From the NCBI GenBank assembly GCA_039096225.1, contig JBBPEB010000032.1:124001-188000 (forward strand): a stretch of 64,000 nucleotides of DNA, read 5' to 3'. This DNA comes from Blastocystis sp. Blastoise (taxonomy: Eukaryota > Protista > Bigyra: Opalinata). How positions within the stretch are numbered: position 1 is the stretch's first letter; the number at the start of each line of letters is the position of its first letter. The notes beneath the pieces were generated by a model. That model saw nothing but the letters and a program-made list of their open reading frames with translations, did not search any database and was not told the DNA's origin. The position numbers and the translations under genes are program-made. Below, in pieces: positions 21,772 to 36,200 of the stretch.

Positions 21772-24700
21772 ATGAATAGGTTCATATATTTCTTACTCTT
21801 ATTATCCATTTGCTTTGCTTGTCAAATTGGTGAAATTGAAATTACAGTCCGTAAATACTATGTAATGTATAGTGATGAAGAAAGCTGGGAATTATGGAGA
21901 GGAAATCCTACTGATGGTGTTATGATAGCTTCCTATGAAGCTTCTAGTGACGATGATGACACACTTCGACTTGATACGCTTTGTACTACATCTGGATTAC
22001 ATACTCTTGTTCTAAAGGATACATTTGGAGATGGATGGGGCTATGATGGATACGATGCTTATATCTATGTTGATATTGCTGGATTTACTATTTTTGAAGC
22101 TAGTCTGCCCTATGATGATTCTGATAATACTTATGAAAGACCATTCCCATTCACAGGTACATATACATATTATATATATATATGTTTCAACAATAAGTCT
22201 TCTTCTTTCATTTTTATTCCATTTTTACTTTCTTATATATTATTGTTCATGATATATATATATTCTCTTTCTAAAATAATATACTTTAATATCGTTATAA
22301 AAATGACTAATTATATTAAATCCTTATTATACAAATACATTTTTTGATTCTTTTTTTTTCTCTAGTTGAGTTAGATATACTTCCTAGTGTAACATGGAAA
22401 TATACAGATGCTATTCAGAGTAATGAATCCTGGAAGTCTGTTTCTTTTGATGATTCTCAGTGGTCTTCTGCTGCTTCAAATTCGATGCCTGTATTCACGT
22501 CAACAGTTCGTTATTATCGTTTCCAATCAAATATAATCAACTTAGAAACGATTAACACATTCTTATACAGTTTAAAAACAAATCAAGCTTTTGTTTTTTA
22601 TGTTCAAGGTGTAGAAGTATATAGATATGGTTTACCTATAGGTACTATAACCTCAACAACTCTTCCTAATGCCGAATTATCCAATGAAATCACGAATAAA
22701 GTCATGTCTATCTTCAAATATATTCTTCCTACATCAGGTAATTATCAAATAGCTATAGAAGTTCATATTAATACTGCTTCTATTGCATCTCCTGATGTTT
22801 TCTCTTTCTGTGGAAAGATTGTTGCTGCTACTAGTATTGGTCAATGTACACATAATATTATATTATCAAACAATTCTACTGTTATTGAAGATCCTGTAAG
22901 TACAGATACTTATGATGGTGAAGGTGCTGCATTTGATAATAATTTAGAACTTGCTTATTCTCAAAATGCTAATTCACAAGCAGTTCTTACTTATTTCTTT
23001 CCTACTGGTTATTCTCATTATTTCAATAGTTATTCTATAACCACTTCTGATGAAAATCAATATGGATTTCCTAAAAGTTGGTCTTTATATGCTACTCAAG
23101 ATGGTACTAATTGGATTCTATTAGATTTCCAAACAAATTATGAATTTCATACTACTGAAGAAACAGCTACGTTCTCTTTAGGTAGTAATACTCTATCTTA
23201 TATAGGTATTCGATTAAATATTACTGCTTCTTCTGATGATATTACTCTTGCTGTTGCTGAAGTTCAACTCTATCAATGTAATAAAGCTTATATAGCCCCT
23301 GGTATTAGTTATAATCCTAGTTCTGTCACTTTCTTTTCTATTATTGATACAATTAGTCTCTATCCTGCTAGTAGTGGCTATCATCATTTCACTATTACTC
23401 CTCCTCTACCTTCAGGTCTTTCTATGAATGATTTTGGTGTCATTTCAGGTATGTCTATGAATGTATTTTCTCAAGTATATACTATTTCGGCTGTTCCTTT
23501 TACTAGTAGTGAAAGTTATACTACTACTCTTACTCTTAATTTTGTAAAATGTGCTTCTCCTGATTTTGTTCAAGTAAGACTTCGTAAAATCAATGGCTAT
23601 TATTCCTATGAAGAAAGAGCTATTTTATATAATGAAGATGGCTCTATTCTTTATACAATGCCTAAAATGGATGGTGAAAATTGGGAACATATTATGTGTA
23701 TTCCTTCTCAATCTATTACTGTTATAACTAGTGATACATCCTCTGATGGATGGGATTCAGGGAGTTATTTATATATTGATGCTTATAACTCTAGAAATGA
23801 ATATACTGTTATGAGTAGAATATTAGATTTCTCTGGTGTCTCCACAACTTATAAAGTTAATCTTAAACATATTATTAGTCCCTCGTCTACTTCTTGGAAA
23901 TACTTACAAGGATCCTTACCTGAAAACTGGTATGCTATTACTGAACCTATAGGCATGACTACTTATTCTACTACTACTCCTACTACTACTACAAGTCCTA
24001 TTTGGATATTCCGTCATTCATTTACTCTCTCTCAAAAAACTGAATTCTCTTCTTGTACGCTTCAAGTATTTGCACGTGCTGGATTTATTATGTATCTTAA
24101 CGGCCAAGAAATGTATCGTAAGAATCTTCCTATGGGTATACTATCTACATCAACAACACCTACTGGTGGTGAATCTAATCCTGTTTTCTTTACTGTCAAT
24201 TATCCTTTAGATTCTCTTCTTATTGGAACAAATATCCTTGCTATTGGTATTATTAATATTGCTAATAATAATCCTACAACAATGGATTTTGATGCTACTT
24301 TAATCTTAGATTATCCTAATAGAATGGGTCGTATGTGGGATATAGAGATTTCTGATGAACCTAGTAATTATGATGTTGATAATCTTATTGATTTTGATTC
24401 TAATACTATTTGGAGTAGTACTCCTGTAGGTAGTAATACTATTTCTGTCACTTTATCTTTTACTAACTTCCGTTCTGAATTTATTAATAAATACTGCTTA
24501 GTTTCCTCTCATTTTGAAAGCCGTTATGATCCTTCTGATTGGGGTCTCTTCGGAAGTGATGGAGATCTTACGAAATGGACAATAATATCTAATGTAACAA
24601 ATGCTTATTTTTCAGGAAGAGAACAAGAACGTTGTTTTTATTTACCTGATAATAAGAATAGTTATAGTATCTATCGTTTTTATTTCACAGAAAGTGCAGA

Positions 24701-26876
24701 TATGTCAACAACTGTCAAATATTACTTAGCAGATATTATTCTCTCTAATGAAGATATTGATAGTATTGTTATACCTCCTCTTGCTTATAATATCACTTCT
24801 GCTAAATCTTATGTTGGTATTCCTTTTGTTGAAATTACTCCTAATAGTCCTCTTTATGGTAATTATCGTATTTCTCCTCCTCTTGATGCTCCTTTAGAAC
24901 TTGATACTTCTACTGGTTCTATTCGTGGTACACCTAAGAAATATGTTGCTCCTACTGTTTATACTATTACAGCAAAAGATCCTAAAGGAAATGAATCGTC
25001 TACAACAATTACTTTAAGTGTTGTATATTGTATTACACCTAATGTCTTATTTACAATCAAAGTTCATTCAAATAATTATGGTAATGAAATGAGTTATTTC
25101 ATAAAGAATTCTAATGGAACCATTATTCATCAACACGATAAATTCACAGATTATCAAGATAGTTATTTCCCTTTCTGCCAACCTATTGGTATTTATTTTA
25201 TTACTATGAAAGATAGTTCTAGAGATGGTTGGAATGGTGGTTATATAAAAGTATATCTTGAAGATAATACTGAAATATTATCCGGTACTTTAGATAGTAG
25301 AGAAGCTGAAGCAACAATGAATCTTTCTGTTGGATATGTTATTTCTCCTGTAAAGACAGAATGGACTTATTATGATTCAAATACTTCTCCTTCTTCTGGT
25401 TGGAATACAATATCTTTTGATGATTCTCATTGGACAAAGAATATTCCAGAAATGATGAATAATGCTCAAGGTATAACCCAATATTATAGAAAAACATTTA
25501 TTATTGATAATGTTAACTTATATTCTGCATTAGCTTTTGATATTAAAACTAAATATGGTGCTATTGTTTATATTAATGGTGAAGAAGTATATAGATATAA
25601 TGTTCCTAAAGGTATTGTTACTGAATCTACTTCTTGTATTAAAATATCTCCTGAAATTGTGACTGTAGGTACTTCTGTTTCTTTATCTTTTGGACCTCTT
25701 GTTCAAAGTCAAAATATATTTGCTATTGAAATACATAGAACTTTACTTACTTCTACGTATCCTATGGAATTTGATGCTAGTGTTATGTTATTAGCAGATA
25801 ATAGTTATCGTATTGTTGATGGTATGGCTTCTAGTAGTTTTGATACTACTACAGAAGGTATAAATAAATTATTTGATAATACTTTAGGTAGTTTATTTGT
25901 TGCTGGTCCTGAATGCGTTGATACTACTGTTACTTGGACATATAATAATAATCGTAAAGAATATATCTCTTCTTATGCTCTTGCTACTGGTTATAATTGT
26001 AATAAGAGACATCCTTCTGGTTGGAATATTGAAGGTTCTAATGATAATGGTATTACTTGGTATACTTTAGATACTCAACATAAAATAATGTGGACTCAAT
26101 ATAAACAACGTCGTGTTTTTGATTTCTATAATACTCGTGCTTTTAATGCATATAGAATGGTCGTCACAGAATGTTCTAATCAACCTATAGCTTTTTATGG
26201 TTCTGAAGAAACTAATTGTGATACTTTTGGAGGAAAAGCTGGATTTCAATTAGGTGAATTAAGTTTCTATTCAAAACGTATTGAAAGTTCTTGTCCTGAA
26301 ATAGATGGATTCCATGGTGCTCTTAATGGTTCTTATGGATTTAAAGATTGTTCTCCTTATTATGCAGGTAGAATAGAAGCTTTATGTACTAATGGTACTT
26401 ATACAAATCCAAAAGAAATATGTAATTTATTGAAACCTCAAGGTATAGAATATCCTTCTAATGTTATTTCTGTAATACAAGGAGAATATTTCCAATTTAT
26501 TCCTAAAGTTCTAGCTGCTAATTATACTTGTGAATTAAATGATAATATTCCTCATGGCGTTACTTTTAATAGTGAAACTGGTGGTTTTAGTGGTGCTACT
26601 CAAGCTGTTTTCTCTGCTATGACAATTGGTGTTACTTGTAAGAATAGTAAAGGATCTTTTACAAAAGAAATATCTATTATATCAAATGAAAAAGTAGGTA
26701 TTCCTTATTGGGGTTGGATTATTATTGGTGTTCTTGTATTAATTATTGTTGCTATTGTTCTTTTCTGTATTATTAATAGATTGAAATCAAAGAAGAACAG
26801 AGGTCATAGTAAGTTACCCAATAAAATAAAGTCTGCTACAAAATCTACTAAAGATACGAAAGCTGTGAAGATCTAA
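21772..26876 (+). CDS. Large type I membrane surface protein (~1630 aa) with repeated beta-sandwich, F5/8C(discoidin)-like and He_PIG Ig-like modules; one intron at 22157-22365
   Basis: Signal peptide MNRFIYFLLLLSICFA; three repeats of D(T/S)xxDGW, WKY..W....FDDSxW and G.+VY+NG.E+YR modules; I(T/S)PPLPxGL...GxIxG Ig-like repeats; C-terminal TM WIIIGVLVLIIVAIVLFCII followed by a basic tail. Confidence 0.85.
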
Positions 26877-27374
26877 ACGGTTTCAAATCATTCTTTTATA
26901 TATAAATTAGTTATCTATAATTATATATTATTAATAATTTACATGAGTTCTCGTTTTTTATAAATAATATATAAATATATTTTTAAATATAAATAATAAA
27001 TATACATAATTTACTAAATAAATCTTATCTATAATCTTATTTACTAGTTGATCACGTATTTTTAAATTCATCCAAATATGGTTTTCTTTACTGAAATACT
27101 TTCTTATGTTTATTATTTGTTTTGTTTAATGATATTATTTCTTATAGTTGATGATTTAAAGTAATTTTATTCTTTTCAATAAACTATATATAGTTAATAC
27201 TGTATAAAGAAAGATATAATCATTTTAATAATAATTAGATTATTTTTACGATATATATATATATATGTAGTATACATTTTTATATATATATAAAATAATA
27301 ATGACGGTAACTATGAAACAATAATAGTAGAAAGTGAAATTAATTTGAAAAATAAATTTTTATAATTGAACATA

Positions 27375-28681
27375 TTATATTTTTTTAGATTTCTCTATTT
27401 TTAATGCATATTTTTTATAATCATTAAATGATTTATTCCAATGTAATAAATGGCCATCTGGTTCAATAACATATAAATCTTTACACACATTTTCAACAAG
27501 GTACTATATATATATATTCATAGAAAACAGTATTATACTATAGTTATATATAAAAATAGAATAATGGACAGATTGTATGTATATAATTAGATATATAAAT
27601 ATACTTGATCATGTGTAAATATATGAATATAATAATAATATATATATACTTGATCATGTGTGACAAGAATGACTGCTCCTTGGAATTCCTTTAATAGCGT
27701 TGATAATGCTTCAATACTCTCTATATCAAGATGATTCGTTGGTTCATCTAATATATATATATGTGGTTGTTGATAAGCTATTGTGGCTAATACAACACGA
27801 CTCTTCTGACCACCACTTAATGTACCCATAGGCTATAGATATATGTGAGGGATTATTAACGAATATGGGGGATTATTAACGAATATGGGGGATTGTGGAG
27901 AATTATGAGTATTTATGAATAAAGAAAAGAAGAGAAAAGCAAATGATAACAATATTTATATATTTTTAGGAACAAATATATAAATAGATATATATATATA
28001 TATATAGGTTTTGTAGAGAGATTTCCTGTGATTCCGTAACCACCGAGAAACTGTCTCATTTCTGTTTCTTTCTTTGAAGGATCTAATTATATAATAAGTA
28101 TATATATAAAGGATATATATAAAGTGTATATATAATAGTATATAATATTATAGTATATAATATAATAGCTAATATAATAGTATATAATATAATAGTATAT
28201 AATATAATAGTATATAATATAATAGTATATAATATAATAGTATATAATATAATAGTATATAATATAATAGTATATAATATAATAGTATAGAATATAATAG
28301 TTAATATAATAGTATATAATAGAATATAAATATACTCTGCACATATGTGTTAACGCAGATATGTTAAGATTTAACGTCTCTACGTGATGTTGTGTGAAAT
28401 AACCAATGCGAAGATTATGCCATCTATATACTTCTCCCTATATATATATAATAAAAATGATAAATAGCAGCTTTAACTAATGAAAAAACATATGATTATA
28501 TATATTTAATAATGTTATACTATATAATAATAATAATAATAATAATATATATATACCTTATTGGGTTGTAGATGTCCCATAAGTAGATTTATAAGTGTAC
28601 TTTTTCCTATTCCATTTGGTCCCAATATACTGATTTTATCCTTAAAATCGATAGTTAGAGTAATATCCTTCAGGAGATAAC

Positions 28682-28712
<31 letters not shown>

Positions 28713-28794
28713 AGTAGTAGTTGTTGCTGTTGTAGTAATAGTAGGAGATGGATAAGAGAAAGAAATAGCATCTAATTTTATTAGTGATCCGTTA

Positions 28795-28846
<52 letters not shown>

Positions 28847-30403
28847 AATAATAATATTAACACTATAAAATAAAAATTAAAATAACTATATATACGCTCA
28901 TTCTTGGACATTCAGGGCACGTGAATTTGATTGGTGCTGGTTCCTGTTCAATGAGGGATGCAGCCGTTCGTTTGCCGTTAACCCAACCCCCATAATTACC
29001 GTTAATAGATCCAACACGCATCGACTATCATTATATAATATAATGATTATATTATATATTATTATATACTATTATATACTATTATATACTATAATATACT
29101 ATTATATATTATTATATATTATCATATAATATATATTATATTATATTATTCCCCCTATATATATATATACTTCCATTCCCCAATCAGAAGCCTTCTGACA
29201 TCCCCATTTTTTCCCGTCGGGATTCTTCTCGAACCCCATTCGATTCATCTTCTTCGTACGCGATTTCACGAGATTTCCAATACCACCAGTGGTCTAGAAG
29301 GGAAGAAAGATATTCATAATAATATAATAATAATATATAATATAAATATATAATATATAATATATAATATAAATATATACATCTTTCTTCGCCTTTTCTT
29401 GGAGCTTCTGAATTTGATCTTTCACGTGATCTCGTTTCTCATCAAGAGTTGTCTATATATACATATACATATAATAGTATAATATATAAAATATATATAC
29501 TTGCAATTGTTCTATCATTTTTCGCTTATCTTCTTTTGCCTTTATATATTCATAATAAATAAATATAGTTTTTATATTATACATAATATTTTAAATATAT
29601 ACCTTTATATATTCATCATAATTACCTGCCCAGTAACGTAGTTCTTTATGTGTGAATTCTATGATTTCTTGAGAAATACTATTTAAGAAAGAACGATCGT
29701 GAGATACGACTACTACTGTTCCTGTATACTCCTGTATATATTGTTCTAGCCATAACACGGCCTATAAAGATATTACGAAATAGTAAAGAATACATATATA
29801 TATAATAAACAAAGGAAATGAAATAATATATAAAATTGTTTAAAAAATCAATAATAGTGATGGTAATAATAATAATAATTATTATTATATATATATATAC
29901 TTGTAAATCTAAATGATTGGTTGGTTCATCAAGTAATAAAATATCCGGTTTTATAAACAGCGCACATGCTAATGCCACACGCATTCTCCATCCACCTGAT
30001 AATTCATTTGTTTTCATATATAATTTATCTCCAATAAACCCTAATCCCTCCAAAATACTTTTGGCGCGTCCCTCAGCCCCCTCAACGTCAATAATATCCC
30101 TCCTTTCTCCTAACGTCTGCAAACGGCTCACTATTCTTTTGGTCTCTTCAGGAGAAATAATGGGGGATTCTAACTGCGTCATCAATGACGCTTCTTCTTG
30201 AATTAATTCTGTACGTTCCACGTCACTCTCAATAACACTATTTAACACTGTGTTCTCCGTACCATCAATTTCTTGTTTCACGTGTAAAACCAATAAATAA
30301 TCAGGAAATCCCTTAATAGCACAACTAGCCATTCTTCGTAATAGTGTCGTTTTCCCCACTCCATTTCGACCAATCAAACCATAGTGGTAACCTTCATGAA
30401 GTC

Positions 30404-30444
<41 letters not shown>

Positions 30445-31657
30445 TATATAATAAATACATATATATATGTATATATATACCTAAGACAAGCATTTTCTAA
30501 TAAAGATTCTCCCTTAATAGAAATATCAATTGCTTTTATATCTATATTCTTACTACGACCTATATGTATAAAGAGATATAGACAAGAAAATATCTAATAT
30601 ATATACCCAATAAAATATATATATATATATATACCTGTTGGTCCTCTTCCTCGTTCTCGAATAATTGTTTGGTCGCTAACTTCATGATCTTCCCACTCTA
30701 TCTATATATATATATATGTATATATATATATAATATAATATAATATAATATAATATAATATAATATAATATAATATAATATAATTCAATATAAATAATAT
30801 AATAATAATAATATAAATAATAATATATATATATATATACCTTCCAATCTTGTTCTTCAACTTGTTTAACTTCATTGATTTCTTTCTCTATATATAATAT
30901 ATAAATACATAAAATATACAATAATATACTTTGATTTATATTATTAATAACAGTGTTTTTTGAGGTTACGATAATTGGATCTTTCATAATAACTCCTTCC
31001 GATAACTCCTGGATCTTCGTATCTTTCTTATGACCTATATGTATATAATAATAATAATACTCTATGTATAACATTGATAAATCAATATAGACATAATATA
31101 TTAACAATAAAAATACTTTTAATATCATTATTTACTGATTCTAATATATTATTCATAAGATCATTAATACGATCTCTATCTATTATTTCTATCATATCAA
31201 ATAGAGGCACTATATACAAGAAATATATATAAACTATAGAATACCCTCTACAAGAAATATATATAAACTATAAAATATCCTCTAGAACATATATACTAAG
31301 AATCTTTGAAAGAGAATCAAGAGTAATAATATCGTCATAATTATTAAAATCCTTAAACACTTTTGTTATATATTCCTTCACGGATGGATCAATAGAACCT
31401 AAATATGGTTTTAAAAAGTCTATTGCTTTTCTCTTATGATTCTCTTCGGGATTAGAATCAGTTGCTGTTTCAACATTATTTGATTTCTGTTGTGCTAATT
31501 CGCTTAAATACTTTGCACGACTCATACATTCTCTTACACTCTTCCCAGAAACTACTTTGGAAATACACTTCCAACGCTCACGTCTTTCCATTGTTGAAGG
31601 ATATGCTCTCATAGCATCATCAAGAGCTTGTTGTTGTTCAACTGTCCAATTATCCAT
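27375..31657 (-). CDS. ABC-F family ATPase (ABCF3/GCN20-like) with an N-terminal SANT/Myb domain
   Basis: Two NBDs (GRNGVGKTT...[12 protein letters not shown]...[11 protein letters not shown] and GPNGIGKST...LSGGQKSRV...[10 protein letters not shown]); no TM segments; N-terminus [17 protein letters not shown]...[21 protein letters not shown]. Confidence 0.9.
28130..28325. repeat. Intronic 15-bp tandem repeat (AATATAATAGTATAT)n
   Basis: Seen directly; source of the YYIIY-repeat ORF. Confidence 0.85.
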
Positions 31658-33214
31658 ATTTACAGATTAAATAGAATAAATAATAATTATGTAATGTGTA
31701 TGATAAAAAAATTGGATTAATACTGAATTCTTTTTAATATGATAATATTTATGGTTAAAAATAAATTTTCAGAGAAATTATCAGATTATTCGTGGAATAT
31801 TAAAAGAGTTGAGATAATATTCAGCAAAAAGGAGATCTCTAAATTCTCTAAAAACATAAATGTTTTGATCTTTAAAAAAACGTTTATATATCGACTATCC
31901 ATTAGAGTTTTCAAAGAATTCATGGTTTAAATACCTTAAGTAACCAAACAATCATAAGATATAGTAGGAATATAACTAAATTAAATACTGTATGAGTACT
32001 ATAGCATAAAATATACAGATCATCATACCAAGATAGATTGCTGATTATATGTATTTTTCAAATAAATTGTATTTCATGAAACAGGGAAGAACAATGAACA
32101 TATGCAAAACTGGTACTTAAATATTATATATATATTATATATATATATCAAAAAACAAAATAATAATGAAATGTAAAAAAAAGACAAAAATTTAAAAAAA
32201 AAGAAAATATTAGATATGATAAGCAAATAGTTAATGATTTTTAAAAAATAAATATATAAAAAAATAAAAACAAACAAAGAAAATCATAGGAAAAGACTCC
32301 TTATAAAATAGTTAATTAAATGTTAAAATAAATGAATTTTAATATATATATATTATGTACATATAAACAAAACTCAATATTATAAATAAAAACAAAAGTA
32401 TGATCTAATTAGAATAAAAAGAAAATATAAAAAGTCATAAATATAAATATATATAGTAAAGAAACATTGAAGCGAAAAGATGCGAAGAAATGAATAAACC
32501 TTAACAAAAAGAAAAATAAAAGTAATGTTAACATCAATATATAGGAATATATATATTAATGGATGACAATTAAAAAGATGAAAAAAAAAGTTAAGAAAAA
32601 AAAATTGAATAAAAAAGACAACGATAAAAAGATAAAAATAATAAAAAAATAGTATGAAATATTTATATATAAAGAACTTATAAAGACAAGCATATAAAAA
32701 CAAAGAATATATATTTATATATATAATAAAATAAATTAAAAAGTTAGATAAAAAATGAAAATATAAGTACAAAAGAGTTTAATAAGTAAATATAGTTCTA
32801 TACATATATATAAATAATATAATTCTTATAAATAATGTGATAATGTGAACGTACAGAGGTATACTATACATATATTATAGGACACTTCACAGAAGAAAAA
32901 TGAAAGAAAATATGAAAATAAATAATATATATGAAAATGATTTTGGATAAAAAAAAATTTTAATGATAAAATTTTAAAAAAGAAAGATGATAACCCGTAC
33001 AAATATAATTAATATTAAGTAGATTTTTCAAATATAATATATTAAAATTATTTATAAAGTAAAAGCTATATATATTGAAATCTGTTAATAATAATATATA
33101 TTTATAAATGGAATAGAAAAAGAAGAAAAAAAAATGAAAATGAAAATTTATATTTAAAAAAATATAACAATATATATAAATATAGAAAATAAGTTTAAAA
33201 AATAATAATATAAA

Positions 33215-36200
33215 TTAAACAGAATTAGTATTAATTTGCTTAAATTCAATATTACTATAAGTAGAACGACTTGTTGATTCATTCGAATGTGATTTCAGTC
33301 GATTTAAGAATGACTTAATATGTTTATTACTTGTGTTTTCTTCAATTAATGATTTAGTTAACATAGATTGTTTATTTGAATCAAATATATATAAAGAATT
33401 AGAATGAAAACGAGAATGTTTATGATGTAAACATTTAGAATTAAATAAATAACATACTATTAAAGTAATTACTATAATACATAGAAAACAACCACTTAGA
33501 AGTAACCATAAATAACGAAAACCATGGTTATCATTAGAATTATTCGTATATTCAATTATATATACATTATCTTCTTCTATATCAAGTATACATATAATAA
33601 AATATTTATCTATTTTCTTTAATGAATTTTCTAATGTAGTTTGTATTGTTTCTAATATAGGAATATATAGAGACGAAGAATTGGATGGAAGTTCAATACG
33701 TAATAGAAAAGAAACAGAAGATGATGTAATTATAGCAGCTTGTGTTAATGTTCTATTCACAACAATAATAGAGTCTTCTTGTAAAGAAAAAGAAGACAAT
33801 TCTTTATATAATATATTATACATGAAAAATAAATATTTTGGAGAAAATGATGACATTTGAATATTCTTTAAAGTCATGGGAATATATACATATACACTGC
33901 CTTCAGGTGGAATACCCACGGGAGACCCTGTTAAACATTGTGAATTATTAACAGGAGACCATTCAATAATATCTTGATCAATAGTACAAGCTCTGGATTG
34001 ATATGAATTCGACGTATTATTACAATATAAATAAGAAACATCACCTACTTTAGTTATAGGCCAGATACCATCGGATCTACATGTGGGAATAATCACGGTT
34101 ATATTAAGATATATAGAAGTATTATGATCTGGATTAGAAGCAGTAATCATATATAAACCTGAAGAGATAGAAGATAATAATGAAGAGGAAGATGATGAAG
34201 AAGAAGAAGATGATAATGATGAAGAAGAAGAAGATAATAATGAAGAGGAAGATAATAATGATGAAGAAGAAGATGATGATGATGATTCTATTATTTTATG
34301 AGCATTTCTATTACTTATAATACTATTATTATCCTTCATGATTATAGAATTCTCATTTGGTTTATATTCAGGATCATCATCCTGTACAATAGGAGTTCCA
34401 GTAATAATTCCCGTGGTTTTATTAAAAAATAAGCCTTCAGGTAAAGAAGGTTGAATAGACCAGGAAGCGATATAATACTCTGTAACTGGTATTATCGGAG
34501 ATATAGACACATAAGAATAAAATATATAATCTGAATATGGATAATAAACAATAGGTTGTTTATATATACATAAATCAATCACTTCTTCCCATTTTGGAGG
34601 GATTGAATTCGTACAATGGCGGGAACGAGATCCCTCTAAATTAGGATCTAAACATAATTGTGTTTCTGTGTTCCCCTTGCTGACTCCTTTCCATAAACCC
34701 TCAGGTTCACAACGAATATCTAATATTTCAATAGCAATACTTCCAGCTTCTTTTCTTGTTTCTTGATTAATATATATATTATATATAATAGTCGGAAGAT
34801 TAATTTGAGGAGTACCATATATAGTTCCTGTCTTTTGATCTAAAAACATTCCCTTGGGAAATGATGGTATAGACTCAAAATAATTACATTTTCCATCACA
34901 GGTAGGAGTAAGAGGTTCTATAGGAGAATTAATATCAAGAGATAGATGAGTAATAGGGTATAGAACATGAGGAGGAATAGGAGAACAAAGAGAAAATATA
35001 TCACCCCAACGAACAGGATTCTCATAACAAAAACGATATATAGCACCAATTGTATTAGTATCATTACAAGGTAATTGAAGAAATGTATTTACGGGTGTTA
35101 ATATCCAATCTCCATCAGTATCACAATATACATCGACTACAGAAAGAGTAATAGATCTAGATACACTATTATAAAAATTAGATGCAGTAATAGTATAAAC
35201 AATAGAAGATGAATTATGGGAAGGACTTCCAAGAATTGTTCCTTTATTAAAGAATAATCCATCAGGTAACTCAAGATCAATTGTCCATTTATCGATGATT
35301 CCCGTGGTTATTGGAGATATTTCTTGAAAATGATGAACTCCAAATGTATAAATTGAGAATGGATAAATAAGAGTAATGGTATAATTCATATAAGTACATA
35401 AATCTATAGGATCAAACCAAAAAGGTTTATTATCAACAATAATACAATCTCTGTACTGTGTTCCAGTTTCTAACGGATCACAACTCAATACACTTGTAGT
35501 ATTCACTAATGTTAATGGCCAATATCCTTCTGGTGGACAATATAATGGAATATCTGTTCCAGTTATAGTAATAGTAATAGAAGTAGATAGAGTACCTAAG
35601 GGATTGACAGCATGTATTTTATATACTGTAGAATCTTGAGAAAATAATGGAACTCCCGCGATTATTCCCGTGAATCTTTGGATAGTGATTCCTTCTGGTA
35701 AACGAGGTTCTGAAGTGAAAATATAATCAGAATAATTAAGAGAAGGAATAAGAAAAGGAATAAGTGGTTCTAAAGATTGATTTACTTTATAATTATAAGA
35801 AGTATAATTATAATAGAATAGAGACGGAGCTTGAGAAGCACAATAAGATTCTATTGGTGAAAGAAGAATACCATAATGACACAAACGTCGTCGATGTCCT
35901 ATTTGATTATATAAACATGGTAAAAAGGAATATTGTCCTTCAGGAGAAATAGGCCAACCATCTTCTGTTTTTGAACATAATTGACCAACTGGTTTATACT
36001 CTAATTTAAATTCTGATAATTGATAAGGTTGATTCTTACAGAATTCTATAGAAGAAGTATCAATATTTTTATTCACACATTGAATAGTAATAAAACGGAA
36101 CGAATGATAATTCTTTGTTGGATAGATTGAGTATTGTTTTTGTTCATTATATGAAGTATAGAGTTGATCTAATTGAAAAGACAATGTGTCCCATTGTTCG

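Noticed and set aside
31700-33200. Long A-rich interval containing hydrophobic F/I/Y-rich ORFs
   Set aside because: Consistent with a U-rich 3' UTR or intergenic DNA downstream of the minus-strand surface protein; no motif, terminal repeats or transposase signal
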